Assembly (NCBI GenBank): GCA_964362665.1
Contig: CAYIFB010000005.1
Span: forward strand, 2,556-66,555
DNA from: an uncultured Gammaproteobacteria bacterium
Lineage (GTDB): Bacteria > Patescibacteriota > Microgenomatia > 2-02-FULL-39-11
DNA: 64,000 nucleotides
Direction: 5' to 3'
A program made the translations under genes and the position numbers. The notes below the pieces were generated by a model, which did no database searches, was not told where the DNA came from, and saw only the letters and a list, made by a program, of their open reading frames with translations. This document shows positions 1 through 9,841 of the stretch, piece by piece (the stretch's first letter is position 1; each line of letters begins with the position of its first letter).

Positions 1-2
1 TG

Positions 3-1046
3 GGAGCGATAGCCTTGTCTTTCATCTTCAAACTTTGGCTGGGATGGCCGTCTTATCTTGATGCAAATAATTTATTTTACATGGTGGGTTATATTTTCAT
101 AGTTTGTTTACTCCAGGGGTATTTTGCCGTCTCCGGGCACCAGATACTCAAAAAACTGCAATGGATCGCCACCATTTTTTTTATCCTGCTTGGTTTGTAC
201 CAGACTTATATAGTTTTCAGCCATTGGGGAGTAAATTCGCTTTTATCCTGGAGGCCAGACAAAATATTAACTGCAGCAGTTGGACCATTTAATTACAAAA
301 TTACTTTCGCACTACTGGTTGATTTACTGATTGCCTACAACTGGACGTGGGAATTTATAGGTGATTTTTCGCGCTTTGCCAAAGACAAGAAAGCCGGTAC
401 CTGGGGGCCTTTTTGGGGAGCAAACATCGCCCAGTACTGGTGGTTTTTAGTAGGGGCTTTGGCTGTGGTTTATCTGTCGGTGACGACAGGCCAGTATTCT
501 CCCTTACTGGCTGATCCTAGCTCCACCACTGTTTCTTTGGGTTTAGGGTGGCTGGCGGCGATCATAGTACTTCTGGCAACCGTTACTACCAATGCTGCCA
601 ACATCTACGCGTCGGCACTGGGCTTTTCCAATATTCTGATTGAGAAAAAAATTTCTTTTAACTCTCTTCTCAAGTTTTCAGCCTGGCTGGTGGTGCCTTT
701 ATCGTTAATACCACTTCTTTCCGCGAGTTTTGTAGGTTTTTATATCTTTTTTCTGGATTTTATAGGGGCAATTGTCGTGCCTCTCTGGACTATAACACTG
801 GTTGATTATTTCCTCATTCATAAAAGAAATTACACCGATGATATGTTTGAAAAGAATAAAGGCAGATATTGGTACCAAAACGGCTGGAACTTGCCGGCGG
901 TAATTTCACTGATTGCAGGGACCATCATTTACTGGTTATTTGCTTACGTCTTTATTAACATCCGCCAATCAGTAACTGCCACAATTCCGACAATCATCAT
1001 TGTGACAATTATTTATCTTAAATTAAAATATGCCTCTAAAGTATAA
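3..1046 (+). CDS. NCS1-family (cytosine/purine/uracil/thiamine) permease, 5'-truncated by window
   Basis: Polytopic hydrophobic ORF with NCS1-like motifs GDFSRFAK, TTNAANIYAS, LVDYFL; reading frame is open back to the window start. Confidence 0.8.
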   Translation, partial: GAIALSFIFKLWLGWPSYLDANNLFYMVGYIFIVCLLQGYFAVSGHQILKKLQWIATIFFILLGLYQTYIVFSHWGVNSLLSWRPDKILTAAVGPFNYKITFALLVDLLIAYNWTWEFIGDFSRFAKDKKAGTWGPFWGANIAQYWWFLVGALAVVYLSVTTGQYSPLLADPSSTTVSLGLGWLAAIIVLLATVTTNAANIYASALGFSNILIEKKISFNSLLKFSAWLVVPLSLIPLLSASFVGFYIFFLDFIGAIVVPLWTITLVDYFLIHKRNYTDDMFEKNKGRYWYQNGWNLPAVISLIAGTIIYWLFAYVFINIRQSVTATIPTIIIVTIIYLKLKYASKV

Positions 1047-1728
1047 CTTACAATTTCTTGATTGGCTGGCGGAGTGGAAGAATAGCTTGCCGAGTATTGT
1101 CTTGTCCAAACTTCTGATTAATCCTGATCGGACAGCGCTGGTATCGATAGACATGGTCAACGGTTTTTGCCATCAGGGAAGTCTGGCAAGTGAAAAGGTA
1201 AAATCCATCATTCCGGAAGCGGTAACTCTTATGAAAAAGCTAAACGACTCCGGCGTAACTAAATTTCTTCTGTTTCAGGATACCCATGATGCCAAAGCAG
1301 AGGAATTTCAAGCTTATCCGCCTCATTGTGTTAAAGGTAGTCTGGAATCCCAAACCATCCCTGAGTTTCTCAATCTTCCTTTTGCTGACAAGTTTGAGGT
1401 GTTTGAAAAAAATTCAATCAGCGCTTTCCAAAATACCCATTTTTCAGATTGGCTGGCCAAAAACAAACAAATTAATACCTTTATAATGGTCGGCAACTGC
1501 ACTGATATTTGCATTTATCAGGCTGTCTTAGAATTAAAAACAGAGGCTAATAGTCGAAATATAACGCGCAGTATAATAGTTCCGGAGAATTGTGTAGCTA
1601 CTTTTGAGACGTCTCTTGAAACCTCCAGGAAAATTGGCGCCATGCCGCATGACAGTACATTGCTGCATGATATCTTTTTATATTCCATGAAGCTCAATGG
1701 AGCAGAAGTTGTTAAAAGCGCTTCCTAA
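1030..1728 (+). CDS. Isochorismatase-family cysteine hydrolase (nicotinamidase-like)
   Basis: IDMVNGF (Asp), D-T-H...PPHC metal site, EKNS (Lys), GNCTDIC (Cys); overlaps the end of the permease gene. Confidence 0.85.
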   Translation: MPLKYNLQFLDWLAEWKNSLPSIVLSKLLINPDRTALVSIDMVNGFCHQGSLASEKVKSIIPEAVTLMKKLNDSGVTKFLLFQDTHDAKAEEFQAYPPHCVKGSLESQTIPEFLNLPFADKFEVFEKNSISAFQNTHFSDWLAKNKQINTFIMVGNCTDICIYQAVLELKTEANSRNITRSIIVPENCVATFETSLETSRKIGAMPHDSTLLHDIFLYSMKLNGAEVVKSAS

Positions 1729-1799
1729 GACATTTTCAAGCCTCAAAACTTGTGTTTTATAAGTTGGTGTGATACTATTCTCCACAGGTAACAAGTAAG

Positions 1800-1844
1800 T
1801 TCCACGGTATCCTCAAGGCTATAAACTCCTTAGGCATCCTGGAA
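1800..1844 (+). promoter_or_regulatory. Putative structured 5' leader of the zinc-ribbon gene
   Basis: TTCCA...TGGAA outer stem enclosing CCTCAAGG...CCTTAGG; strong SD GGAGGTGA follows at 1869-1876. Confidence 0.3.
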
Positions 1845-1883
1845 TCAATTGGACCAATGAACATGAGAGGAGGTGAAACTAGG

Positions 1884-2177
1884 ATGCAAGCATCAAATTT
1901 TAGCGATCAGACATTAGTATGTCGTGATTGCGGAAATCAATTTACATGGACCGCAGGTGAACAAGAATTCTATAAGCAAAAAGGCTTTGATAATTCTCCC
2001 ACCCGTTGTCCGGATTGTAGAACAAAAAGAAAAGCCGAGAGGATGTCTCAAAGAACCATGTCAAAAATAGTTTGTAGCAAATGTGGCAAGGAAGATGAAG
2101 TGCCTTTTGTACCCCGCAAGGGAACAGGAGTACTTTGTCGAGCTTGTTTTGCTGAACAGAGACAGAACCGAGTTTAA
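1884..2177 (+). CDS. Zinc-ribbon / CxxC-x17-CxxC domain protein
   Basis: CRDC..F.WTAGEQEFY..KGF...P.RCPDC plus CSKC-x17-CRAC; ATG 1884 chosen because of the SD. Confidence 0.85.
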   Translation: MQASNFSDQTLVCRDCGNQFTWTAGEQEFYKQKGFDNSPTRCPDCRTKRKAERMSQRTMSKIVCSKCGKEDEVPFVPRKGTGVLCRACFAEQRQNRV

Positions 2178-2203
2178 GATTTGTAATTAATTTTATAAAC
2201 TTT

Positions 2204-2299
2204 AAGGGCGTACTCCAAAATAACGTTGACATTTTGGATACGCCACATAGGGCCGTAATCCTAAATAATCGTAAGGATTATTTAGGAACGAGCCCTAAG
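2204..2299 (+). mobile_element. Palindromic element family A, intergenic copy (96 bp, two hairpins)
   Basis: 95/96 nt identical to the reverse complement of 41156-41251; hairpins GGCGTA-CTCCAAAAT/ATTTTGGA-TACGCC and TCCTAAATAATC/GATTATTTAGGA. Confidence 0.9.
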
Positions 2300-2330
2300 A
2301 AGTCCCGCAGTTGGCGGGACTTCTTTTATT
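2297..2330. terminator. Rho-independent terminator, probably bidirectional
   Basis: AAGAAGTCCCGC-agttg-GCGGGACTTCTT followed by a T tract, between convergent genes. Confidence 0.8.
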
Positions 2331-4698
2331 TTAACCACTTTAAAAACTTTATAGATTTAATTTTCTTTCTGAAGACTACTAGAAGTACCAGTCCGGCTAT
2401 CTCTAACCATAAAAGAATTACTTTGAGTGTATTCGGCTGATAAGTGAACTCTACTTCATGAACTCCAGGACCAGCCTGCAGGGCCAGATAGAAAGGAAAT
2501 ACGGCAAAGGTCGGCACTTTTTGTCCGTCAAGCGTCGCTTTCCAGTTGGGATGATAATTCATTTTTAAAAGGATAGTACACTGTTTGCAATTTTGAGGAA
2601 CTTCTACAGTCGCTTTATAAGACTGTTTCACGACGCTTTCTTTGAGGATTTTTCCGGAGACTGTTGCCTCCGGAAAAGTAAAAGGAAAATCGGCAAAGAT
2701 ATTGTTTTTTTTACCGTTTTCCGTGTAAGTTACTTCGTCCTGCATGGAGAGGGTTCTTTTCATGCCATCCGGAACTTGGGGATTTTTTTCAAGACTAATA
2801 AACGGGTATGACTTCCAAACCCGGGGATAGGATTTTTGCCAGAGATGGACGATATTGAGAAAGTTTGTTTTGTCAGATTTAACAAACATATCACTCGTAA
2901 CCACGTCAAACCAGCCGCTTGTTGGTACTTCATAAACTTTGAAAGGGCCGAAAGTCTTGGTGAGTTTTGCCTGCGGGGTAAATCCTTCGTCTTTGGTGGC
3001 AACGATAAAGTGAATGTTAAAAAGATCATAGTCAGCCTCAACCCTTTCGTCGAAATTCTGTTCGGTTTCAGATAAAGGCGACCAGGTTTCCGGCAGAAAT
3101 TGGCTCATATCAAAGCCGTTAACCCCAAGAAGCATATACATTTCCGTGGAGCCCAGCCTCATTTGTTTTCCCCAATTGCCGGGGCGACCTGCATAAATTC
3201 GGGCGTTAGGTTGGGATTTCAGGTAATTAATTAGATCCAGAAAATTATGATAATCATATTGATAAGCAATATTCGCTTCACCGATCCAGCGGTTGTTAAA
3301 GCTGGCATAATCTATTGTTTGTTTGACAAGGGTTACGCAGATCACTGAAACGAAAGTTAATACAAGGATATAATATATAATATTTTGATATAGAGATTTA
3401 GTTTTATCATCAAGAGACAATACTCTGGTAATTTCTTCTCCCTGACCTCTTATATATTTTTGTAATAAAAATTTTAATAAATTAATTATCCGCTCAAATG
3501 CCCATTCAATCATTTTTCTGAAAGAGCCAAAAATAGAGGAGTAGGCTACAGGCAGGAGAAACAGAGAGGTGATCTGAATACCTACAATAAATCTATGCAG
3601 GTGAAATTCAGACAATCCCGGAATAAGATTTATAAGTCCTCCCCAAGTCGTTCTGCCGAAGTACATAATAACCCACAGTAAAAACATCAAGGCAAAGATA
3701 AACAGTTTTTGGTCAAGAAGAATGGTGAAAAAACCAATACCGACAAGGTAGGTTGTTACTGCAGGTCTTTTCCAGTCAAAAATTTCACCCTGAAAAAATT
3801 GCCGCACCACTTCATACCAGCCGTATGAATCAAATTTCCAGATCGGATCCCAAAAAGATATCATGTGGTAATTGGTATATAAGAGAACTGGAACAATCCA
3901 GTATGACAGGATGAAGACAATGACAAGGTAAATTAAAACAAGTCTTTTCAGCCTTAAAAGAATAAGTTTCGGATTCAGATCCAAAAAGATAAAGATCCCA
4001 CCGGAAATCAGAGAAATCATGCCAATCCCAAGGTGTCCGCTGATTGTTAAAACCAGAAAAAGAATCGCCAGGAAAATAGGTAGCGGTTTGCTGTAATTTT
4101 TTAAAGATAAATATAGGAAAGATAAGCCAAGAGGCATGAAAAATATGGCATAAAGCTGGGAAGTTAGGCCATAACCCCGCCAGAGGAAACTGGGAGGATC
4201 AATGCCGTAATATCCGTCAGTTGAGAAGTTAGCGGCCGTGAATGCCGTGAGGGCGCAGGTGAAAGGGGAGAAACCAAGTATCCGCAGGGAGAGAAAAATC
4301 GGCAGTGGAAAGAGGATCAGGAGTAGGAATTTGGTCAGATTGTAATACTGGTAAAGCGTGAAATTGCTTTGAAAAAGGCTTGTAACAGGTTGGATTATAA
4401 GATGGTATGAAGACACAAGAACAATTTGCGGCAGATGTGTGTAGTAAAAGGGCAGAGAATACCCTTCTGCCCAGGCAGTAACCAGATGATCCATCAAGTT
4501 GGGAAGGCAGTTTAAAGACAGCGGGCATCCGTAATTTTCCCAAACCCAGTTAGTACGATAGACCAGAGAATACTGGAAGATATTATCGTTGGGGTCTGCC
4601 AGAATTTTCGTCTCCGGAAAATACAGCCAAAAGTTAAACCCGATGGTAAATATCAGTATCAGATAACCCAATACAGACGTAATTTTTTTCATATTCAC
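2326..4698 (-). CDS. YfhO-like / GT-C-type polytopic membrane protein
   Basis: Many TM segments; YfhO-like C-terminus NYHPNWKATLDG...GVHEVEFTY. Confidence 0.65.
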   Translation of the reverse strand: MNMKKITSVLGYLILIFTIGFNFWLYFPETKILADPNDNIFQYSLVYRTNWVWENYGCPLSLNCLPNLMDHLVTAWAEGYSLPFYYTHLPQIVLVSSYHLIIQPVTSLFQSNFTLYQYYNLTKFLLLILFPLPIFLSLRILGFSPFTCALTAFTAANFSTDGYYGIDPPSFLWRGYGLTSQLYAIFFMPLGLSFLYLSLKNYSKPLPIFLAILFLVLTISGHLGIGMISLISGGIFIFLDLNPKLILLRLKRLVLIYLVIVFILSYWIVPVLLYTNYHMISFWDPIWKFDSYGWYEVVRQFFQGEIFDWKRPAVTTYLVGIGFFTILLDQKLFIFALMFLLWVIMYFGRTTWGGLINLIPGLSEFHLHRFIVGIQITSLFLLPVAYSSIFGSFRKMIEWAFERIINLLKFLLQKYIRGQGEEITRVLSLDDKTKSLYQNIIYYILVLTFVSVICVTLVKQTIDYASFNNRWIGEANIAYQYDYHNFLDLINYLKSQPNARIYAGRPGNWGKQMRLGSTEMYMLLGVNGFDMSQFLPETWSPLSETEQNFDERVEADYDLFNIHFIVATKDEGFTPQAKLTKTFGPFKVYEVPTSGWFDVVTSDMFVKSDKTNFLNIVHLWQKSYPRVWKSYPFISLEKNPQVPDGMKRTLSMQDEVTYTENGKKNNIFADFPFTFPEATVSGKILKESVVKQSYKATVEVPQNCKQCTILLKMNYHPNWKATLDGQKVPTFAVFPFYLALQAGPGVHEVEFTYQPNTLKVILLWLEIAGLVLLVVFRKKIKSIKFLKWLK

Positions 4699-6527
4699 GG
4701 ATAAAGTATAGGACTGAGCCAGTCGGCATGGTCGTTATTGTTTCCGTCACCTCCGTCATCCACAATGAGCGCCAAATTTTTAACTCCGCTGACATCAACT
4801 TCAGCGTGTTTGGGAAAATCAAATCTGCCCATTTTACCACTATCAAAAAGCTTTTTGCCGTCACCCAAAATTTGAAAAACCACTGTAGCCTGAGTGCCTG
4901 CCTCGTTATCAATGCCCATATCTGTAGAAAATCTTTTGAACTTTTTATTAATATCAAAGACCAGATTTGATTTGGCATGGGCCCCAAAACCCTTTCGATA
5001 ATAAAAGTAATTATTAGAGAGTCTATTCCAGGATTTCCAGCCGGAGAAGGAATTAACGCTTTTATTTACCTGAAGAATACTAAAATCCTGAGAGGCTATA
5101 ATAGGCTTAAAGGATGTTAAAGAAACTTTTTGACGGAGCAGGAGGGATGAATTAGTGAGAGTTAGGCCAATGGCAGTAAGTATAAAAGGGACTGTCAGAA
5201 TAAATGGGGAAATCTGTGAGAAGACAAAAGGCAATAAAGCAAAAAAAAGCAGGATATGAAGATAAGCACTGGCTATTGTAAGTTGCGGTGTAGTGATTTT
5301 TGAGAGAAGTCCCCAGCCATTTTGAGGATAATTATAAATCAAACCAAAATGAATATTAAAAAAGATTAGAATGCTGGCCAAAATATATAAAATCCAGAAA
5401 TAGTTGGCGCTTCTGAATAAATTTTTCAGATAGCTTTTTAAATTAATGAACCGTATCATGAATTTACCGTATTCCAGATTCAAAAAAGGATATAAAAACA
5501 ACATCAGGACGACCACAGGATAACTGTATCTTTCGTGGCTTTCAGTGGTAAAAAGGAAAAAAGCCAAGATGCCGATAATGAGAGACAGGAAAAAATTCCG
5601 GGCGTTAGTTTTTAAATACAACAAAAGACAGCTCAAGAAGTAAAAAGAGGAAAAGATGATTAGGCCAACTGTTTTAGCATTAGTCATTCCTAAAACCGTA
5701 ATTTTATCGATGACATTAAGTCCCTTCGCATTGGAGACAATCCACCAGAGATTATGGGCATTAAGAGAGAGCCAGGGAAAATAATCGCTGTTTAAGGTCA
5801 TCAAAAATAGGACCTGATTCAAATCGCCTGCTAAAACAAAAGGAAGACAGATCACGACAAAAGTTATTGCTGAAACAAACATAGATTTTATTAGAGTTTT
5901 TGAGCCAAAACTGCGATAAATGAAGATAAAGTAGATCGGCAGATAAATAATATTCTGGAGTTTCATGAGTGTGCCCGTAATAAAAATGAAGGTTGCCAGG
6001 TATGGTTTTCTATAAAAAAGAAGAATGATGGCAAGAAGTGAAAACATAATCCCGAAAGATTCTACCTGTCCCCATAACGCCGAGTCGATGATCACAACCG
6101 GGTTAAGGTAAAAAACGGCCGAGAGAATCAAGGGTAAATTAGGAGATAAGGGAAGAGTAACCCCAAGTTTTTTCAGGCGTTCTTTTTGCGAGAAAAAAAA
6201 ATAAATTAACCAGGCAATAAAAACATCGGCGGCAATTGCGATGGATTTGGAGACGAATAAAAAAGCAAAATTATTTTCACGCCAGAAAGAGTTGAAGTCA
6301 TGCGGATTTCCAAAAAATGAATATAGTTTACCCATAATCCACAATACATAAATAAATCCCGGCGGATAATTGATGTTTGTATTATGGGAAGTCCAAACGA
6401 TTCCATGGTCGATGGCCGCCAGTCCCCAGGATTTCCAGAACGAAACATCAGCCAGAAAACCTGTGTTGCCGATAAGAAGAAGTCTAATAACAAGTCCAAC
6501 TACGATCAGAATGGGAAAGGCAGACAT
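4695..6527 (-). CDS. GT-C-type membrane glycosyltransferase with C-terminal NPCBM/NEW2 domain
   Basis: NYPPG, DSALWGQVES, HERYSYP motifs; C-terminal GFGAHAKS...GIDNE...DGGDGNNNDHADW. Confidence 0.75.
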   Translation of the reverse strand: MSAFPILIVVGLVIRLLLIGNTGFLADVSFWKSWGLAAIDHGIVWTSHNTNINYPPGFIYVLWIMGKLYSFFGNPHDFNSFWRENNFAFLFVSKSIAIAADVFIAWLIYFFFSQKERLKKLGVTLPLSPNLPLILSAVFYLNPVVIIDSALWGQVESFGIMFSLLAIILLFYRKPYLATFIFITGTLMKLQNIIYLPIYFIFIYRSFGSKTLIKSMFVSAITFVVICLPFVLAGDLNQVLFLMTLNSDYFPWLSLNAHNLWWIVSNAKGLNVIDKITVLGMTNAKTVGLIIFSSFYFLSCLLLYLKTNARNFFLSLIIGILAFFLFTTESHERYSYPVVVLMLFLYPFLNLEYGKFMIRFINLKSYLKNLFRSANYFWILYILASILIFFNIHFGLIYNYPQNGWGLLSKITTPQLTIASAYLHILLFFALLPFVFSQISPFILTVPFILTAIGLTLTNSSLLLRQKVSLTSFKPIIASQDFSILQVNKSVNSFSGWKSWNRLSNNYFYYRKGFGAHAKSNLVFDINKKFKRFSTDMGIDNEAGTQATVVFQILGDGKKLFDSGKMGRFDFPKHAEVDVSGVKNLALIVDDGGDGNNNDHADWLSPILYP

Positions 6528-6613
6528 AAGTCTGGGGTCATTTTAACAAAAAAGTTTACTATTTGTAATATACCTTTTTAATTAATGAGGACAATATGGC
6601 GCTTATTGGATGC

Positions 6614-6859
6614 TTATATTTTACTGACTACTTTTCTCCGGTTTCTCTTGTTTTCCTCTTTGCGGAGAAGTGAGCTGGCATGAATTGCGTCAAGATGGTC
6701 ATTTCTAACTTTCATTTCTTTATCTATTAGCTTTTGACAAGCAGGATCAGGACAAATATTAGTTGTATAGGTCAGGAGAGACTTGCCAACTAGTTCTTTC
6801 CAGCTTTTGGCAACAATTCGCTCCTTACCGCAACGGATACAGGGATTTGACTGTGACAT
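6614..6859 (-). CDS. Small Zn-finger-like hypothetical protein
   Basis: CIRCGK...CPDPAC; SD GGAGG upstream. Confidence 0.7.
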   Translation of the reverse strand: MSQSNPCIRCGKERIVAKSWKELVGKSLLTYTTNICPDPACQKLIDKEMKVRNDHLDAIHASSLLRKEENKRNRRKVVSKI

Positions 6860-6888
6860 AGTCTATTTATCCTCCCTAAATGTTAAGT

Positions 6889-7224
6889 TTAATATCGTCT
6901 AGCGCCACCGCGACTTGATCCACCACCGAATCCGCCTCTTCGTCCTGCTCCACTGCCCCGGCCATCAGTATAGGTGGGTTTTGGAAGGGCTTCTTTGACG
7001 ATGATTTTTCGGCCTTCGAGTTCATGGCCGTTTAACTTTTCAATAGCGTTTTTGGCATCTTCTTCGGTAGCCATTTCAACAAAGGCAAACCCTCGGCTGG
7101 AGCCTGAAAATTTATCCTTGATAATATTTACAGATTGGACTTGTCCGACCCCTGCAAAAAGCTGTCCAAGAGCATCATCTCCAACGGTGAAAGGAAGGCT
7201 TCCGACAAATAGATTTTTTACCAT
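6889..7224 (-). CDS. RRM RNA-binding protein with Gly/Arg-rich tail
   Basis: RNP2 LFVGSL, RNP1 RGFAFVEM; RGG-like tail; SD AGGAG. Confidence 0.95.
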   Translation of the reverse strand: MVKNLFVGSLPFTVGDDALGQLFAGVGQVQSVNIIKDKFSGSSRGFAFVEMATEEDAKNAIEKLNGHELEGRKIIVKEALPKPTYTDGRGSGAGRRGGFGGGSSRGGARRY

Positions 7225-7418
7225 TATTAACTCCTTGAGATGCTTATATTCTAATAAAAAGCAATTTTATTAAACAAATTAACCTGCTTAAATGAGAAGT
7301 TGACTTAAAAAGCGGAAAAGATGGGTGTCTAAATCTGATTTAAACAGATTAATTTATTCAAATCTGTCTAAAAGAATAGTATCACGTAACCCTTAAATTA
7401 GCAAGGTCTTCTACGATG

Positions 7419-8096
7419 TTATTTATTGGGAGTCCAATCGACACTGTCAACAATTCTGTCAAAAATAGAGGGATCCAGATTTCCATTGGCCAAATGGATG
7501 ATGAGATTGTTATTGCCAGGAATCTCGAAAAAAACATCGACATTGGGGGTTTGGTCGACATTATTGATATAAACTGCCCGATAACCTTTGAGGTTATTTA
7601 TATTTTGAAAGGCGTCAATCTTATCAACTCCTTTCAAGCCGGAAAAGTACTTGTACCAGTTTTTCACATAATCAATAACCGGTTTTCCGGTAAGCAGGGG
7701 ATCACGGTCGGATATTTTTTCAATATTGAGGATTATATTTACTTTGGGATCGACATTTTCGAAACTGAAAGCGACGCTGTCTAATTTATCCTTGGGAAAA
7801 ACCACCAGTTTGAGAGATTCGGGATAGTTAAAAGAATACGGATAAATTATCCCTCGAAATTTAATCCATTTGTCATTCTCGGATGCAGTAAATAATTTTC
7901 GGGGTTTGAGAGTGAGTGTTGGTAAAATTGGTTTTACGGTCGAAGACGGACCAAGATAGGTGACTCCGCCGGGCAAAATAATGCTACTCGACTGGAGAAG
8001 GGAATACCGGTAAGTGATGTAAAGCGCTCCGATAGTAAGACATATGGTAAAGATGAAAAAAATTAACTTCTGCTGGTTTACCTTTTTAACTAACAT
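7419..8096 (-). CDS. Membrane-anchored hypothetical protein
   Basis: N-terminal TM helix, Pro/Thr linker, soluble domain. Confidence 0.7.
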   Translation of the reverse strand: MLVKKVNQQKLIFFIFTICLTIGALYITYRYSLLQSSSIILPGGVTYLGPSSTVKPILPTLTLKPRKLFTASENDKWIKFRGIIYPYSFNYPESLKLVVFPKDKLDSVAFSFENVDPKVNIILNIEKISDRDPLLTGKPVIDYVKNWYKYFSGLKGVDKIDAFQNINNLKGYRAVYINNVDQTPNVDVFFEIPGNNNLIIHLANGNLDPSIFDRIVDSVDWTPNK

Positions 8097-8152
8097 ATGT
8101 TTATTCTGTGATAGAATTGTATCACCAATCAGTTGATCATAAAACAGCCTGC

Positions 8153-9841
8153 ATGAAAAATAATCCTAAAAAAACAAAGTTAATCTTGATTTTTTTAAGC
8201 ATTCTATTTGTCTTCTTTTCCTTTTCACCCAGCCTCTACGAAATCGAACAAAAATCTTTGCTACCTCCCGAAAGATCTTTTGAGCTGGTGCACAATTACA
8301 TGTTTGATTATAACTTTTATCTGTCGAGAATCAGAGAAGGGTATGAAAACAGATGGCTCGTAACGGAGAAGTACTATAATCAACCGCATAACGGATCTTT
8401 AATCCAGGTCTTATATCTGTATCTGGGCAGATTTGGCAATCTCTTGAAAGTTGATCCTTCTACGGTTTATCACGCCGCCAGAATTATCTTCGGTTTGGCT
8501 TTTTTACTCCTTACTGCCTTTTATTGTTATAGATTATTCCCGTCAAAATGGTCTATTTTAAGTTTTATCTTTACGGTTTCTGCCGGAAGCTGGCCTGTTC
8601 TTGTCCGGGCAGGCAATTTCTGGCGGTTTGCGACATACATGGGTTGGTGGTCGGTAATTGATAGTCTGCAGAGGATTACCTTCATCCCGCATATTTTATA
8701 CGGTCAGCTGATTCTTCTTTGTTTAATTATGAGAATTACCCGGATTGAAGGTGGACGAAATATTCTTAATTTATTACTTTGGGGGCTGATTGGATTTTCA
8801 GCCGGTATAGTTTTTCCTCCGGCGCTCCTTATTTTGTTTACTTTTTTTGTGGTGTACAACCTATTGGAATTTTTTTCATCCAATTTCAGTTCGTCTCCTG
8901 CCAAAAAATGGCTAAAAGTGGAAATATTGCCTAAGCTCATTATTCTTTTTCTGTCTAGCTTATCTTTAGCGGTGATGAGCTGGCAATTAAGAGAATATCC
9001 CTGGAAAGCGCTGGCAGAATTTGACATCAACCACAGATTTATCATGCCCTATTTAGAATATATTTTAGCCTACGGCCCATTCCTGATATTTGCCCTGTTC
9101 GGACTGATTCAGGCAATCAGAAAAGTCGAGAGAAAGCTGTTTGGGGTTGTTGCCTGGATTATGGCCTTAATCATCCTTTTTGCCGTCTTTGAGTTTATTC
9201 CTCAGCAGTCCGCTCTTCGCTTCACCGAAGGGGCAATTCATATACCGATTGGTATTCTGGCCGGATATTTCGTCATGGAAGTTTGGAAGTATTCCGGAAA
9301 ACTTATTGGCAATAGGAGAGTGATTACCCGTGCTGTAATTATAAGCGTTGTCGGATTGTCGATATTAATGGAACTTGGGGTAATGACTTCGATGAGTTTA
9401 TGGCTGAAAGACCAAGCAGATTCTAAAAGATCGGGAACATTCAGAGTGCCGACAGGCGCCCAGCTTATTTATCCCCTCAAAGATTTTATGGACGCGATTT
9501 TCTATCTGAAATCAAATTCAGAGATTCGTGATGTAGTATTGGCAGGTGAGACTGCAGGAAATTATATCCCAGCCTACTCAGGAAATTTTGTATATGTCGG
9601 CCATGCCAATACACCTCATGAAGCAGAAAAAGCGCAAAAGGTCGAACAATTTTATGCGGGAAAAATGGAATTAAAAGATTCCCTGCAGTTTTTGAGGCGA
9701 GAAAATATCGCCTTTGTTTATTATGGTCCGCAGGAGAAAGATATGGGCAACCTTAACGGATTAAATATAAAATATCCGTTCCTTATAGCAGTCTATAAAA
9801 ATCCTCAGGTGATTATCTACAGGCTTAATTTAGGGCTTTAA
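8153..9841 (+). CDS. GT-C-like membrane protein, paralog family member 1
   Basis: DYNFYLSRIREG, QRITFIPH, GNYIPAYSGNFVYVGHANT; ATG 8153 is the likely start. Confidence 0.75.
   Translation: MKNNPKKTKLILIFLSILFVFFSFSPSLYEIEQKSLLPPERSFELVHNYMFDYNFYLSRIREGYENRWLVTEKYYNQPHNGSLIQVLYLYLGRFGNLLKVDPSTVYHAARIIFGLAFLLLTAFYCYRLFPSKWSILSFIFTVSAGSWPVLVRAGNFWRFATYMGWWSVIDSLQRITFIPHILYGQLILLCLIMRITRIEGGRNILNLLLWGLIGFSAGIVFPPALLILFTFFVVYNLLEFFSSNFSSSPAKKWLKVEILPKLIILFLSSLSLAVMSWQLREYPWKALAEFDINHRFIMPYLEYILAYGPFLIFALFGLIQAIRKVERKLFGVVAWIMALIILFAVFEFIPQQSALRFTEGAIHIPIGILAGYFVMEVWKYSGKLIGNRRVITRAVIISVVGLSILMELGVMTSMSLWLKDQADSKRSGTFRVPTGAQLIYPLKDFMDAIFYLKSNSEIRDVVLAGETAGNYIPAYSGNFVYVGHANTPHEAEKAQKVEQFYAGKMELKDSLQFLRRENIAFVYYGPQEKDMGNLNGLNIKYPFLIAVYKNPQVIIYRLNLGL

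Noticed and set aside
2234-2440. 68-aa ORF sharing DTPHRAVILNNRKDY with the 603-aa protein
   Set aside because: It is a translation of element A plus the terminator and overlaps a real gene on the opposite strand; not a gene fragment.
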